From the IMG/VR virus record IMGVR_UViG_3300033407_000074, positions 1 to 35,685 of that record: a stretch of 35,685 bases of DNA; one strand, 5' to 3'. Numbering within the stretch: the stretch's first letter is position 1; each line of letters opens with the position of its first letter. This DNA comes from a virus (lineage: Duplodnaviria; Caudoviricetes). The position numbers and the translations under genes were made by a program. The notes beneath the pieces were generated by a model, which saw only the letters and a program-made list of their open reading frames with translations, was not told where the DNA came from and made no database searches. Positions 17,347 to 26,019 of this stretch are shown piece by piece.

Positions 17347-17843
17347 TGGCCCGCGCTGGTATCGGCAAAATTGTCAACCGCAGTGAGCTTTGTCAGATCA
17401 TGGGCATATCGAGCCCGACAATCGACAATTGGGAAAAACGCGGAATGCCGGTCCAGAAAAAGGGCGGCAAGGGCGTCGCCAATGAATACAACACGATGCA
17501 CGTCATCAAGTGGTGGGCTGGCGATGCGGCGTCGCCGGGTGCTGTAAAACTGACATCTGGCGCGGATCCGAAGGACAGAAAAACCGCAGCCGAGGCGGAA
17601 ATCAAAGAGATCGAACTCGCCGAGAAAAAGGGCGAGGTGGTCCCGATCGACACGGCCATCAAGGGATTTATCAAACACGTCGCCGCCTGCAAGGCGAAGT
17701 TGCTGGCGATCCCGACGAAGGCTGCGCCGATGGTGGTAGTGATGACCGAGATCGAGGAAACGCGCGCCGCGCTCGACGACATGATCCGGGACGCGCTGAC
17801 GGAATTGTCGGCCGGCGTCGAGGTTGAGCCTGATGGCGAGTAG
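17346..17843 (+). CDS. terS: Terminase small subunit (Nu1-like)
   Basis: IVNRSELCQIMGISSPTIDNWEKRGMP wHTH; ELAEKKGEVV; lies directly before terL. Confidence 0.92.
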   Translation: MARAGIGKIVNRSELCQIMGISSPTIDNWEKRGMPVQKKGGKGVANEYNTMHVIKWWAGDAASPGAVKLTSGADPKDRKTAAEAEIKEIELAEKKGEVVPIDTAIKGFIKHVAACKAKLLAIPTKAAPMVVVMTEIEETRAALDDMIRDALTELSAGVEVEPDGE

Positions 17844-19767
17844 CGCCGCGCCCGCCGAGGAATGGGCGGACTCCATTCTGGCGTTTGACGCACGGCTCGC
17901 CGATGCGTTCGCCGATACCGTGCGCCCGCCGCCGCGCCTCAAGGTTTCCGAATGGGCTGACGCGCACCGCGTCCTGTCGAGTGAGGCGAGCGCCGAGCCC
18001 GGCCGCTGGCGCACGTCGCGCGCGGAATACCAGCGCGGGATCATGGATGCGATTTGCGACACATCCGTCAAGGAAGTGGCGCTTATGTCAAGTGCCCAAA
18101 TTGGAAAAACAGAAGCACTTTTGAATCTGTGTGGATACTACATTCACCACGACCCCGCGCCGATGCTTTTGGTGCAGCCGACGCTCGACATGGCGCAGGC
18201 GTTCTCGAAAGACCGCTTGGCGCCGATGGTGCGGGAGTGCCCGGCGCTTGCCGAGCGGGTGCAGGACGGGCGCATCACGACCGGCACGGCATCAACAATT
18301 TTGCACAAGGTTTTCCCAGGCGGTCATATCACGATGGCGGGCTCTAACTCGCCTGCGTCGCTGGCGTCGCGTCCGGTGCGCGTCGCACTGTGTGACGAGG
18401 TTGACCGCTATCCGTTAAGCGCGGGCTCGGAAGGTGATCCGGTTTCGCTGGCGCGGAAGCGCACGACGACTTTCTGGAATCGGAAAGTGATGCTCGTCTC
18501 GACGCCGACCGTCAAGGGTCACAGTCGAATTGAAAAGGCTTATGACAATTCAGACCGCCGTCAGTTTTGGGTGCCTTGCCCGCATTGCGACGAGCCGCAG
18601 GTTTTGGCCTGGGGGCAAGTCAAATGGCCGAAGGACACGCCTGCTGGCGCCGAGTATTTTTGCGAGCATTGCGGCTGCGCATGGTCCGACGTTCAACGCT
18701 GGGCGGCGGTGTCGCGCGGGAGGTGGATTGCGCGCGATCCGTTTAAGGGGATCGCCGGTTTTCACCTAAACGAAATCTATTCGCCGTGGGTGCCGCTTGC
18801 CGACATGGCGCAGAATTTTGTCGATGCAAAACGCCTTGGCCCGTCGGCCCTCATGACGTTTATCAACACGTCATTAGGCGAGACGTGGGAGGAGCAGGGC
18901 GACCGCGTGAACGAGGCGGACCTTGAGGATCGCAAGGCGTCGTGGGGCAAGGTGCCTGCGGGCGTTGCGGTTATCACTGCTGGCGTTGACGTACAGGATG
19001 ACCGTATCGAAATTGAGGTGAAGGGCTGGGGCCGGAACGAGGAATCGTGGTCGCTCGACTATATCATTTTGCGAGGCGACCCGTCCGCGCCGCAGTTGTG
19101 GGCCGAACTCGACCGCGTACTTTTGGAAAAGCGTCCGCATGAGGTGCGCGGCGAGGTGCCGATCGATGCGGTTTGCATTGATACGGGCGGCCACCATACG
19201 CAGAAAGCCTATCTGTTTTGCCGCGACCGTTTTGCGCGGCGCGTCTGGGCGATTAAGGGTCTGGGCGGGCAGGGCAAGCGGATATGGCCGCAAAAGAAAA
19301 CCGCGACCAAGGTCGGCGTGCCGCTTTTTCTGATCGGCGTCGATAACGCGAAGGAAACGATTTACCGCAACCTGATGGTGAGCGAGCCGGGCGCGGGCTA
19401 TTGCTGGTTTCCGGCCGACCGTGATGACCAATATTTCCGGCAATTGACGAGCGAGGAAGTCGTCACAAAAATGGTGTCGGGCTTTCCGCGTCGGCAATGG
19501 CAGTTGAAACCAGGCAACAAGCGAAACGAGGCGCTCGACTGCTTTGTGTATGCCTATGCGGCGTTGCACGGGCTGATCACGGCGGGCATGGATTTGAATA
19601 AGCGCGCGACGCGGCTGGGGTTGCCCGAAGAAGATGGCCGCGTGGCCGAGGTTGATGTGAGGCAGGATCCGCGCTCGCCGGTTGCGGAGTCCGCGCCGGT
19701 GCCGCCGGTTATCAGGCCGCGATTTGTGCGGAAGCGGCAAAAATCCACGTCGAGTATTATGCGTTAA
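17833..19767 (+). CDS. terL: Terminase large subunit (lambda GpA family)
   Basis: SAQIGKT, CDEVDRY, STPT, CPHC/CEHC, AGVDVQ, IDTGG, NEALD. Confidence 0.96.
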   Translation: MASSAAPAEEWADSILAFDARLADAFADTVRPPPRLKVSEWADAHRVLSSEASAEPGRWRTSRAEYQRGIMDAICDTSVKEVALMSSAQIGKTEALLNLCGYYIHHDPAPMLLVQPTLDMAQAFSKDRLAPMVRECPALAERVQDGRITTGTASTILHKVFPGGHITMAGSNSPASLASRPVRVALCDEVDRYPLSAGSEGDPVSLARKRTTTFWNRKVMLVSTPTVKGHSRIEKAYDNSDRRQFWVPCPHCDEPQVLAWGQVKWPKDTPAGAEYFCEHCGCAWSDVQRWAAVSRGRWIARDPFKGIAGFHLNEIYSPWVPLADMAQNFVDAKRLGPSALMTFINTSLGETWEEQGDRVNEADLEDRKASWGKVPAGVAVITAGVDVQDDRIEIEVKGWGRNEESWSLDYIILRGDPSAPQLWAELDRVLLEKRPHEVRGEVPIDAVCIDTGGHHTQKAYLFCRDRFARRVWAIKGLGGQGKRIWPQKKTATKVGVPLFLIGVDNAKETIYRNLMVSEPGAGYCWFPADRDDQYFRQLTSEEVVTKMVSGFPRRQWQLKPGNKRNEALDCFVYAYAALHGLITAGMDLNKRATRLGLPEEDGRVAEVDVRQDPRSPVAESAPVPPVIRPRFVRKRQKSTSSIMR

Positions 19768-19826
19768 ATATGCCGGTGACCGTTAAAAATACTTGACTCG
19801 GCGGCGGGCGGTGGTATTTTAAACGA
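19761..19826 (+). promoter_or_regulatory. Promoter of the non-coding RNA unit, with degenerate operator copies
   Basis: TTGACT (19793-19798) and TGGTATTTT (19812-19820); operator-like GCGTTAAATATGCCGG (19761-19776) and CCGTTAAAAATACTTG (19780-19795). Confidence 0.6.
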
Positions 19827-19828
19827 AG

Positions 19829-20029
19829 CCGAGGTCGCCTACGGGTGGCTGTTAATAGCTGAAAACGGGAGGTTGTCATGCAACCGGCGGTTAAAGGCCG
19901 CAAACCTGAGAGATTTGATTTTCGCCCGGATGTCCCGTGAATATAGTTGGGCGTTAAGGCAAAGACGGGAACAGGCGCGGAGGGCTGGGCCGAATAGTCG
20001 TTAAGCCTCGCCGTGGTGGGATGCCTCGG
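19829..20029 (+). ncRNA. Unassigned structured RNA with H-type pseudoknot
   Basis: Ends pair (CCGAGGT/GCCTCGG); several internal hairpins; interleaved stems CGCCCGG/TTGGGCG and TGTCCCGT/ACGGGAACA. Confidence 0.5.
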
Positions 20030-20035
20030 AAATAT

Positions 20036-20110
20036 CGTGGGGTGGAGCAGTGGTAGCTCGTCTGGCTCATAACCAGAAGGTCGCGGGTTCAAGTCCCGCC
20101 CCCGCAACCA
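20036..20110 (+). tRNA. tRNA-fMet (CAT), initiator type, encoded CCA
   Basis: Full cloverleaf; C1:A72 mismatch; anticodon arm TCTGG-CTCATAA-CCAGA; T arm GCGGG-TTCAAGT-CCCGC; ends ACCA. Confidence 0.95.
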
Positions 20111-20134
20111 AATTTGCCCGAATGGGCGCATGAG

Positions 20135-20289
20135 TTGATGGCGGCGGCGCTGATGGAAGTGCCTACGTTCCGGCTAGGCCATTGCCCGGCACCCCCGCCA
20201 TATGAGTCCGTGCGCGGTTGGGGGAGTTGGGTTGCCGGTGAGGCGCACCTCGAAGAATGGAGCCGGTATCAATTCCGGCCCGCCATCAA
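20135..20289 (+). ncRNA. Unassigned tRNA-like structured RNA
   Basis: 10-bp terminal stem TTGATGGCGG/CCGCCATCAA; D-like arm GGCGC-TGATGGAA-GTGCC; T-like arm GCCGG-TATCAATT-CCGGC; about 100-nt internal domain. Confidence 0.5.
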
Positions 20290-20307
20290 ACCTACCCTCC
20301 CAAACTC

Positions 20308-20334
20308 AGCCAGGCTTAACCGCCTGGCTTTTTT
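20308..20334 (+). terminator. Rho-independent terminator
   Basis: AGCCAGGC-TTAACC-GCCTGGCT followed by a T run. Confidence 0.85.
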
Positions 20335-20335
20335 C

Positions 20336-20363
20336 TTGCCGTCCGGTAAAAATACCGGACAAT
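20336..20363 (+). promoter_or_regulatory. Head-gene promoter with perfect operator in the spacer
   Basis: TTGCCG (20336-20341), GTCCGGTA-AAAA-TACCGGAC (20341-20360), GACAAT (20358-20363). Confidence 0.65.
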
Positions 20364-20396
20364 AGACCGCCAAACCCTATTCACAGATAGGCCGAT

Positions 20397-20624
20397 ATGG
20401 CGCGCGACCTCACTGAAATGCAATCCGACTTAGACGAGTTGCGCCGCGCAGCCGCGTCCGGCGCGCTTATGATTCGTCATGGCGAAAAGTCGGTGACGTA
20501 TCGCAGTATGGCCGATTTGCAGGTCGCTATTTCCAATTTGCAAACCGAGATCGCGGGGCTTTCCGGCACGTCTCGACGCAAGCAAATCCGTCTGCGCTAT
20601 CGCCGTGGGACGGAAGCCGCATGA
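20397..20624 (+). CDS. Head-tail adaptor, lambda gpW-like
   Basis: SGALMIRHGEKSVTYRSMADL; lies between terL and portal. Confidence 0.88.
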   Translation: MARDLTEMQSDLDELRRAAASGALMIRHGEKSVTYRSMADLQVAISNLQTEIAGLSGTSRRKQIRLRYRRGTEAA

Positions 20625-22192
20625 GTAAACGGACCGCCGTAGCGGAAAAAACAGCCCCAGCCGCGCCCGTGCGCACCGCCAAAATGCGTTATCGCGTCAA
20701 GGGAACCAAGTCCTATGTCCGGTCGTTTGAGTCCGGTTATGACGGCGCGTCGCAAGGCCGCCGCCTCAGTGAGTGGAATCCGCGCTCAGAAGGCGTTAAC
20801 CGCCTGACGATTGCTGGCCTGCAATGGCAGCGCAACCGCTCGCGCGACCTCGTGCGCAAGGTGTCGTGGATCACGTCGGCGGTCGATTCAATCGTCGCAA
20901 ACGTGGTCGGCGACGGCATCCGCCCGATGTCGATGGCGCCAGACCCAGAATGGCGCAAGGCCGCGCTCGCCGTTTGGGGCGATTGGGCCCAAGAGGCAGA
21001 CGCCGACGGCTTATCAGATTTTTACGGCCTTGAGGCCTCCGCGACCCGCGCGATGGTCGAGGCTGGCGAGGTGTTTATTCGCATTCGCCGCCGCTTGACG
21101 ACTGACGGCCTTGCCGTGCCGATTCAATTGCAGGTTCTTGAGGCTGAACACGTCCCGCTCTGGAAAAACGAGGCGGGCGGGCCTGGCCAAAATCGTATTG
21201 TTTCGGGTATTGAATTTGACGGCATGGGCCGCCGTCGTGGTTACTGGATGTACAAAGATCATCCTGGCGAGTCCATTATGACGGGCGGCTCGATTGCGCA
21301 GCAGCCCGTTTTTGTGCCCGCCGATCAAGTCATTCATTTATATCGCGCGTTGCGCCCCGGTCAGGTTCGCGGCGTGCCGTGGGTCGCGCCGGTCATGCTC
21401 CGCACGCGCGACCTTTTGGAATATGAAGACGCCGAAATCGTCCGCAAGAAAACGGCGGCGATGTACGCCGGATTTATCACACAGATGAATCCAGACGGCG
21501 ATCCGCTTGGCGTCGATGGCGAAGACACGGACGGAACGCCGCTCGCGTCGCTTGAGCCCGGCACGATGCAGGTTTTAGACCCCGGCGAAGATGTCACATT
21601 TTCGAGCCCGGCCGAAGTCGGCGGCTCGTATGACGCATTTATGCAGGTCCAGTTGCGCGCGATTGCCGCTGGCGTCGGCGTAACATATGAGCAAATGACC
21701 GGCGATTTGCGCGGCGTAAATTTCTCGTCGATCCGCGCAGGTCTGAACGAATACCAGCGCCGGACAGAGCCCATTCAAAAGGGCGTCGTCGCCTTTCTTT
21801 TGTGCCGCCGCGTTTGGGAAACCGTCGTCACGGAAGCAATCGCCACAGGCGCGCTTTCCGCGCCTGACGGCTATTTGAAAAACCCGCGCCCGTGGCTCCG
21901 CGCCGAATGGGTCGCGCCGGGCTGGCGTTACGTCAATCCGTCTCAGGAAATCGCGGCGGAAAAAGACGCCGTGCGATCCGGTTTCACGTCGCGCCAGAAA
22001 GTCGCGCGCGGGCACGGGGCGGATGTCGAGGACATCGACCGGCAGAATTCAGAAGATCAAAAACGGCAGGACGATTTGGGTCTCGTTTACGACACGGATG
22101 CTCGCAAGGTTTCCGTTGTCGGCGTGGGTCAGATGGGCGCGCCAGGGGAGGAACCGGCGAATGGTTCGGGAGGCTCGTCAAATGGCGGTTGA
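20621..22192 (+). CDS. Portal protein, lambda family
   Basis: YDGA..GRR, RNRSRDLVR, QLQVLEAEH, RPGQVRGVPW, VNFSSIRAG. Confidence 0.96.
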   Translation: MSKRTAVAEKTAPAAPVRTAKMRYRVKGTKSYVRSFESGYDGASQGRRLSEWNPRSEGVNRLTIAGLQWQRNRSRDLVRKVSWITSAVDSIVANVVGDGIRPMSMAPDPEWRKAALAVWGDWAQEADADGLSDFYGLEASATRAMVEAGEVFIRIRRRLTTDGLAVPIQLQVLEAEHVPLWKNEAGGPGQNRIVSGIEFDGMGRRRGYWMYKDHPGESIMTGGSIAQQPVFVPADQVIHLYRALRPGQVRGVPWVAPVMLRTRDLLEYEDAEIVRKKTAAMYAGFITQMNPDGDPLGVDGEDTDGTPLASLEPGTMQVLDPGEDVTFSSPAEVGGSYDAFMQVQLRAIAAGVGVTYEQMTGDLRGVNFSSIRAGLNEYQRRTEPIQKGVVAFLLCRRVWETVVTEAIATGALSAPDGYLKNPRPWLRAEWVAPGWRYVNPSQEIAAEKDAVRSGFTSRQKVARGHGADVEDIDRQNSEDQKRQDDLGLVYDTDARKVSVVGVGQMGAPGEEPANGSGGSSNGG

Positions 22193-22454
22193 TATTGAGG
22201 CGCGCGGAATTGCGATCGAGGCGCGGTCGAAAATTGAATCGCACGAGGATGAATGCGCGCGGCGATACGGCGAGGTTGCTGCCGCTATTGCGGATATTCG
22301 CGGGGAATTTTCATACATGCGCCGCGTTGTGGTTTCCGCGCTGGTCGGGGTCATCGCGCTCTTAATGTCTGTTTCCGGCTTTTTGATTGTGAACGGACAA
22401 CCGTGGGCACCGGCGTCGCATAATGCAATTTCAATTCAGGAAAATATGAAATGA
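22182..22454 (+). CDS. Small coiled-coil plus single-TM protein (XhlA/holin-like)
   Basis: SHEDECARRY followed by hydrophobic VVVSALVGVIALLMSVSGFLIV; GGAGG RBS. Confidence 0.6.
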   Translation: MAVDIEARGIAIEARSKIESHEDECARRYGEVAAAIADIRGEFSYMRRVVVSALVGVIALLMSVSGFLIVNGQPWAPASHNAISIQENMK

Positions 22455-23203
22455 CCGATGATTTAGCACCGAACCGCCAGCCGAATGTGACACGCCTTTT
22501 GGATAAGGATGGCGCGTTTATCGAGGATTCGAATCCGCTGCCGATTTCAATTCAGGGCGCGTCTGGATCGGTGACAATCAACGTCGATGAGGCGGACCTT
22601 GCTTCGCTCGGCGCGGTGGGTGATGCGGCATACACGGACGCGACCGGCGCTGCGTCCGGTGCGCTCGTGGGCCTGTTTAAGGGCGCGTATGTCAAGCTGG
22701 CCGCGATCGCCTCCGCACTTGTGGGCTATTTACTGGTGAGGGGTTACGCCTTCGACGTGCTTGACGCCCCGGCCACCACGAACGGGGCCTATTCGGTTGG
22801 CGACGTTATCGGCGGTTATCGCGAGGTTGACAACATCGCCCGCGCAAACGACGAACTGGTGCTGATTACTGGCGTCCAAGTCGTTTTCAAGGCGGCGGTG
22901 CAGCCGAATATCCGTGTGGTTATTTTCGGCGTAACCCCAGTCGCTACGCTTGCCGACAACGCCGCCTATTCGCTCTCGGCGGCGGACGTACTTACGGTTC
23001 GCAAGTCCCTGTCTTCACTTCTTCTTGGCGCTTCGTACACGTCGCACGGAACACCGAAATCAATCTCGCTGACGCCCCCGCCTTTCGTCGCCAAGCCAAT
23101 CGCTGGCACAAAAAAAATCGGCTATTACTTGATTGACGACACCGGCGTCACGCTCACATCAACAGCCGACGTGCAGGTGCGCTTTTCAGGTTTGGGCGTG
23201 TAA
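22451..23203 (+). CDS. Hypothetical beta-rich protein, possibly virion-associated
   Basis: 250-aa coupled ORF inside the head module. Confidence 0.65.
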   Translation: MTDDLAPNRQPNVTRLLDKDGAFIEDSNPLPISIQGASGSVTINVDEADLASLGAVGDAAYTDATGAASGALVGLFKGAYVKLAAIASALVGYLLVRGYAFDVLDAPATTNGAYSVGDVIGGYREVDNIARANDELVLITGVQVVFKAAVQPNIRVVIFGVTPVATLADNAAYSLSAADVLTVRKSLSSLLLGASYTSHGTPKSISLTPPPFVAKPIAGTKKIGYYLIDDTGVTLTSTADVQVRFSGLGV

Positions 23204-24942
23204 TGCGGAGCGCGTTGAAAGCGGCAATTTTTCAAAAAACAAGCACGGTTTTTGAACACCATGTAGTGGATGGTCAGTCGAATGCGTGGTGCGCGGGGGC
23301 GAAGCCTCCAATCACGCTGATTGCCTCCCTACCCGATATAACTGCGATGTTTGGCATCGGCATCAATACGTGGAACGCCGCCAATAGTCCGTCAGCGCCC
23401 GCTAATCGGACGGGTGATTTTACTTTGGCGAAGCTTGACCCTGCGGTATCTGGCTACGAGAACATGCTCGTGCAAACGGTTCTCAACCGTTCGACCCGCG
23501 AAAGTGCGAGCGCCAAGAAGATGGCAGTCACCTATTCCGGCCAAGGCTCAAAGAGGCTGGCCGAATTATCTTCGCTCGATCTCGGAACCGCCCCAGCGAA
23601 GGGTTATTGGATTACCGGGCTGGACGACATGGCGCGAATGCGTGTTCACGCCAGTAACATTGGCGCTCGCTATAGGCTGTCAACCTACGGCATCGCATCG
23701 TGCGAGAATGACGTGGACATGATTATAAATCCGGGTGAGGCCGCGTCCACACCCGTGCTGGCGCGGAATACTGTATCGAGCCGCCTGCGTATGATGGTGC
23801 GAGAGAAAGCGGCGGCGGCGGTTGCACTTGGTTCTCCGCCGCCTGCCTTTTGGGTGATCCAGCCGTCAACGGTCGCCGGTACGTTGCACTTTACTATTGC
23901 GCAGGGTGTTCTCAACGCAGTCGATCCGACTTGGGTTGACCCTGTGAATGGCGAAGCGGTGTTTCCAAATGGCGTATGCGTTGGTCCTAGCTATCCTTAC
24001 GACAGCGCCATCAACTCCTATTTTGGAGCGACGCGAAGCCCCGAAGATTTCAGCGGCTACGCGGGCCTGCTGGATGCCCAGCGCATCCATTACACATCAC
24101 AGTCCAGTCGTCAGCTTGGGGCGAAGGTCGATCAGGCGCTTCGTGTGAAAGCAACAGAGGGCCGCGACATTGCATTGCAGGTTATTCAGGTTACGGATGA
24201 CCCTGATTTTCCCGGCAATAGAACTCATTGCCTGCTTCATCTGAGGGTCTATGCGCCACCTGTTGTGATTGACACTGACTATTTCCCTGAATTTTTGGCA
24301 AAGGGAATTGTTGCCTACCCGAACAATACGATTGGCAGCACAACATCACCTCAAAACTCAAGCGTCATTACCGTGTGGGATGATGGACGCGGCGAAGCGG
24401 CTAACGGGATCACTGGCGCAGTTTACGGGATGGCTCGACTCAAGGTGACGTTCGCAGGCGCGGCCTTGCCAGCGAATAGCCGTGTGGTTTTCGGTAGATT
24501 TTCAAATCTCGCCGCCAACGCATCTTTCAAATTTGTTTCGCAAATTGCGGGCCCTACAAGGCGCGGGCTTCCGACATACGATTATACATTCAGTGATGTT
24601 ACCGGGTTGATGTACACGCAGGCGCTGGCCATCACAAAGCGGTCGGCGTTCTCTCTGACCCGCACCACGGGGTCAGGACCAGGCGCAATTTACATTCAGG
24701 ACGTTGTGTCGAACGGGGCTGGCGTAACCGTTTTGCGTGGCGAGCAAGGTGTCGGCGGCGTGCTAGTGTTGAATGAGCAATACCGCCCGATGTTCCCAAC
24801 GGTCGGCATAAATATCAGAGATAGCGACATCACAAGTCTTGGCGTCAATTGGGTTGATACTTGGTATGGCGACCAAACGCTTATCGGAACGCCGATGCCC
24901 GCCTCAAACTGGCTTTGCTGTGGCGAATTGATTTGGTCATAA
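23203..24942 (+). CDS. SGNH/SASA-like (O-acetylesterase) domain protein
   Basis: Block I DGQSNA, block III-like CEND, C-terminal RIHYT; followed by beta-rich domains. Confidence 0.6.
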   Translation: MRSALKAAIFQKTSTVFEHHVVDGQSNAWCAGAKPPITLIASLPDITAMFGIGINTWNAANSPSAPANRTGDFTLAKLDPAVSGYENMLVQTVLNRSTRESASAKKMAVTYSGQGSKRLAELSSLDLGTAPAKGYWITGLDDMARMRVHASNIGARYRLSTYGIASCENDVDMIINPGEAASTPVLARNTVSSRLRMMVREKAAAAVALGSPPPAFWVIQPSTVAGTLHFTIAQGVLNAVDPTWVDPVNGEAVFPNGVCVGPSYPYDSAINSYFGATRSPEDFSGYAGLLDAQRIHYTSQSSRQLGAKVDQALRVKATEGRDIALQVIQVTDDPDFPGNRTHCLLHLRVYAPPVVIDTDYFPEFLAKGIVAYPNNTIGSTTSPQNSSVITVWDDGRGEAANGITGAVYGMARLKVTFAGAALPANSRVVFGRFSNLAANASFKFVSQIAGPTRRGLPTYDYTFSDVTGLMYTQALAITKRSAFSLTRTTGSGPGAIYIQDVVSNGAGVTVLRGEQGVGGVLVLNEQYRPMFPTVGINIRDSDITSLGVNWVDTWYGDQTLIGTPMPASNWLCCGELIWS

Positions 24943-25028
24943 AAGGCGCTATGGCTCTGTCCGTTGCCAGTCCGGTTTTTGGCATTTACGACGGATATGC
25001 GGTTTAACGCCAGTGCAATATTTTGCAT

Positions 25029-25056
25029 TTGACCAACGGTAAAAATACCGGACAAT
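25029..25056 (+). promoter_or_regulatory. Capsid-operon promoter with operator in the spacer
   Basis: TTGACC (25029-25034), ACGGTAAAAATACCGG (25036-25051), GACAAT (25051-25056); shares CGGTAAAAATACCGGACAATAG with the 20344 site. Confidence 0.7.
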
Positions 25057-25086
25057 AGTGCATTCAAAACATTTGAGGCGTTAATT

Positions 25087-26019
25087 TTGCCGCAGGCAAT
25101 TCGCAAATCGATTCCGGTTGGGGTCCGCGTCGCTCGCATCATGTCGGATTCCGTCAATGAGGAATCGCGTGAGGTTGACGTTGTGTGGACGACCGGCGCA
25201 ATCGTGCGTCGATCCGACTGGTACGAAGGCGACTATAACGAGGAGTTGTCCCTTGACGAGGGCGCTTGCGACCTGACGCGGTTTAACGCTGGCGCACCTG
25301 TTCTCGACAGCCACAACTCTTACGAACTTGAATCCGTACTCGGATCAATCGTCGATGGCACTGCGTTGATTGCAAACGGCGAGGGCCGCGCCCGCGTCCG
25401 TTTCGTAACTGGCGATGCCGAAGTCGATGCGATTTGGAACAAGGTCAAGCAAAAGGCCATCCGGTCCGTTTCGGTTGGCTACATCATCCACGAAATTCAA
25501 GAAATTCGGCAGGACGGGCAAATCCCGACCATGCGCGCGACGAAATGGGAGCCGATTGAACTCTCATTCGTGGCGTGTCCGGCCGACGCAGGGGCAGGCG
25601 TGCGCGCGCAGCGTAGCGAGCCTTGCTCCATCACAACCGCCGAGGAGGCAAACCCTATGGCTACCAAGCCGAAAGAAGTTGCGCCCGAAGCGGCGTCAGA
25701 AGTTGTTACCGATCCCGTCGCCGCGCCCGCCGCGGTTGACGCAGCCGCCATTGCCGCCGATGCGCGCAAGGCGGTCCTTTCCGTCACCCGCTCGTGCGCT
25801 CTTGCTGGCCTTTCCGCCCGCGCGACGAACGAAATTCTCGAAAAGTCTGACGGCAAGTCCGACGAAGAAATCCACGTGCTCGTAATGTCCGCGCGCGACG
25901 CCGCGATCAAGTCCGGCGACACGACCGAAATCTCCGGCCATCGCAGCGTCAGCAATGAGAAGCCCGCACGCCTTGCCGACAAAATGTCCGCGCGTTACGC
26001 CAAAAATGGAGTCCACTAA
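25087..26019 (+). CDS. Prohead protease with C-terminal scaffold-like region
   Basis: PVLDSH, RSVSVGY, WEPIELSFVACPAD; start is TTG 25087 or ATG 25141. Confidence 0.9.
   Translation: MPQAIRKSIPVGVRVARIMSDSVNEESREVDVVWTTGAIVRRSDWYEGDYNEELSLDEGACDLTRFNAGAPVLDSHNSYELESVLGSIVDGTALIANGEGRARVRFVTGDAEVDAIWNKVKQKAIRSVSVGYIIHEIQEIRQDGQIPTMRATKWEPIELSFVACPADAGAGVRAQRSEPCSITTAEEANPMATKPKEVAPEAASEVVTDPVAAPAAVDAAAIAADARKAVLSVTRSCALAGLSARATNEILEKSDGKSDEEIHVLVMSARDAAIKSGDTTEISGHRSVSNEKPARLADKMSARYAKNGVH

Noticed and set aside
20036-20110. tRNA as a prophage attachment site or boundary
   Set aside because: Phage head genes continue on both sides, and no duplicated tRNA 3' end or integrase is visible.
20236-20256. 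Hammerhead ribozyme core
   Set aside because: TGAGG-CGCA-CCTCGAAG only loosely resembles it; the required CUGANGA and GAAA motifs are not present.
19757-20390. Track ORFs 19757-20131(-), 20114-20365(+) and 20202-20390(+)
   Set aside because: One is antisense to the tRNA. The others lack an RBS and run through a terminator and operator.
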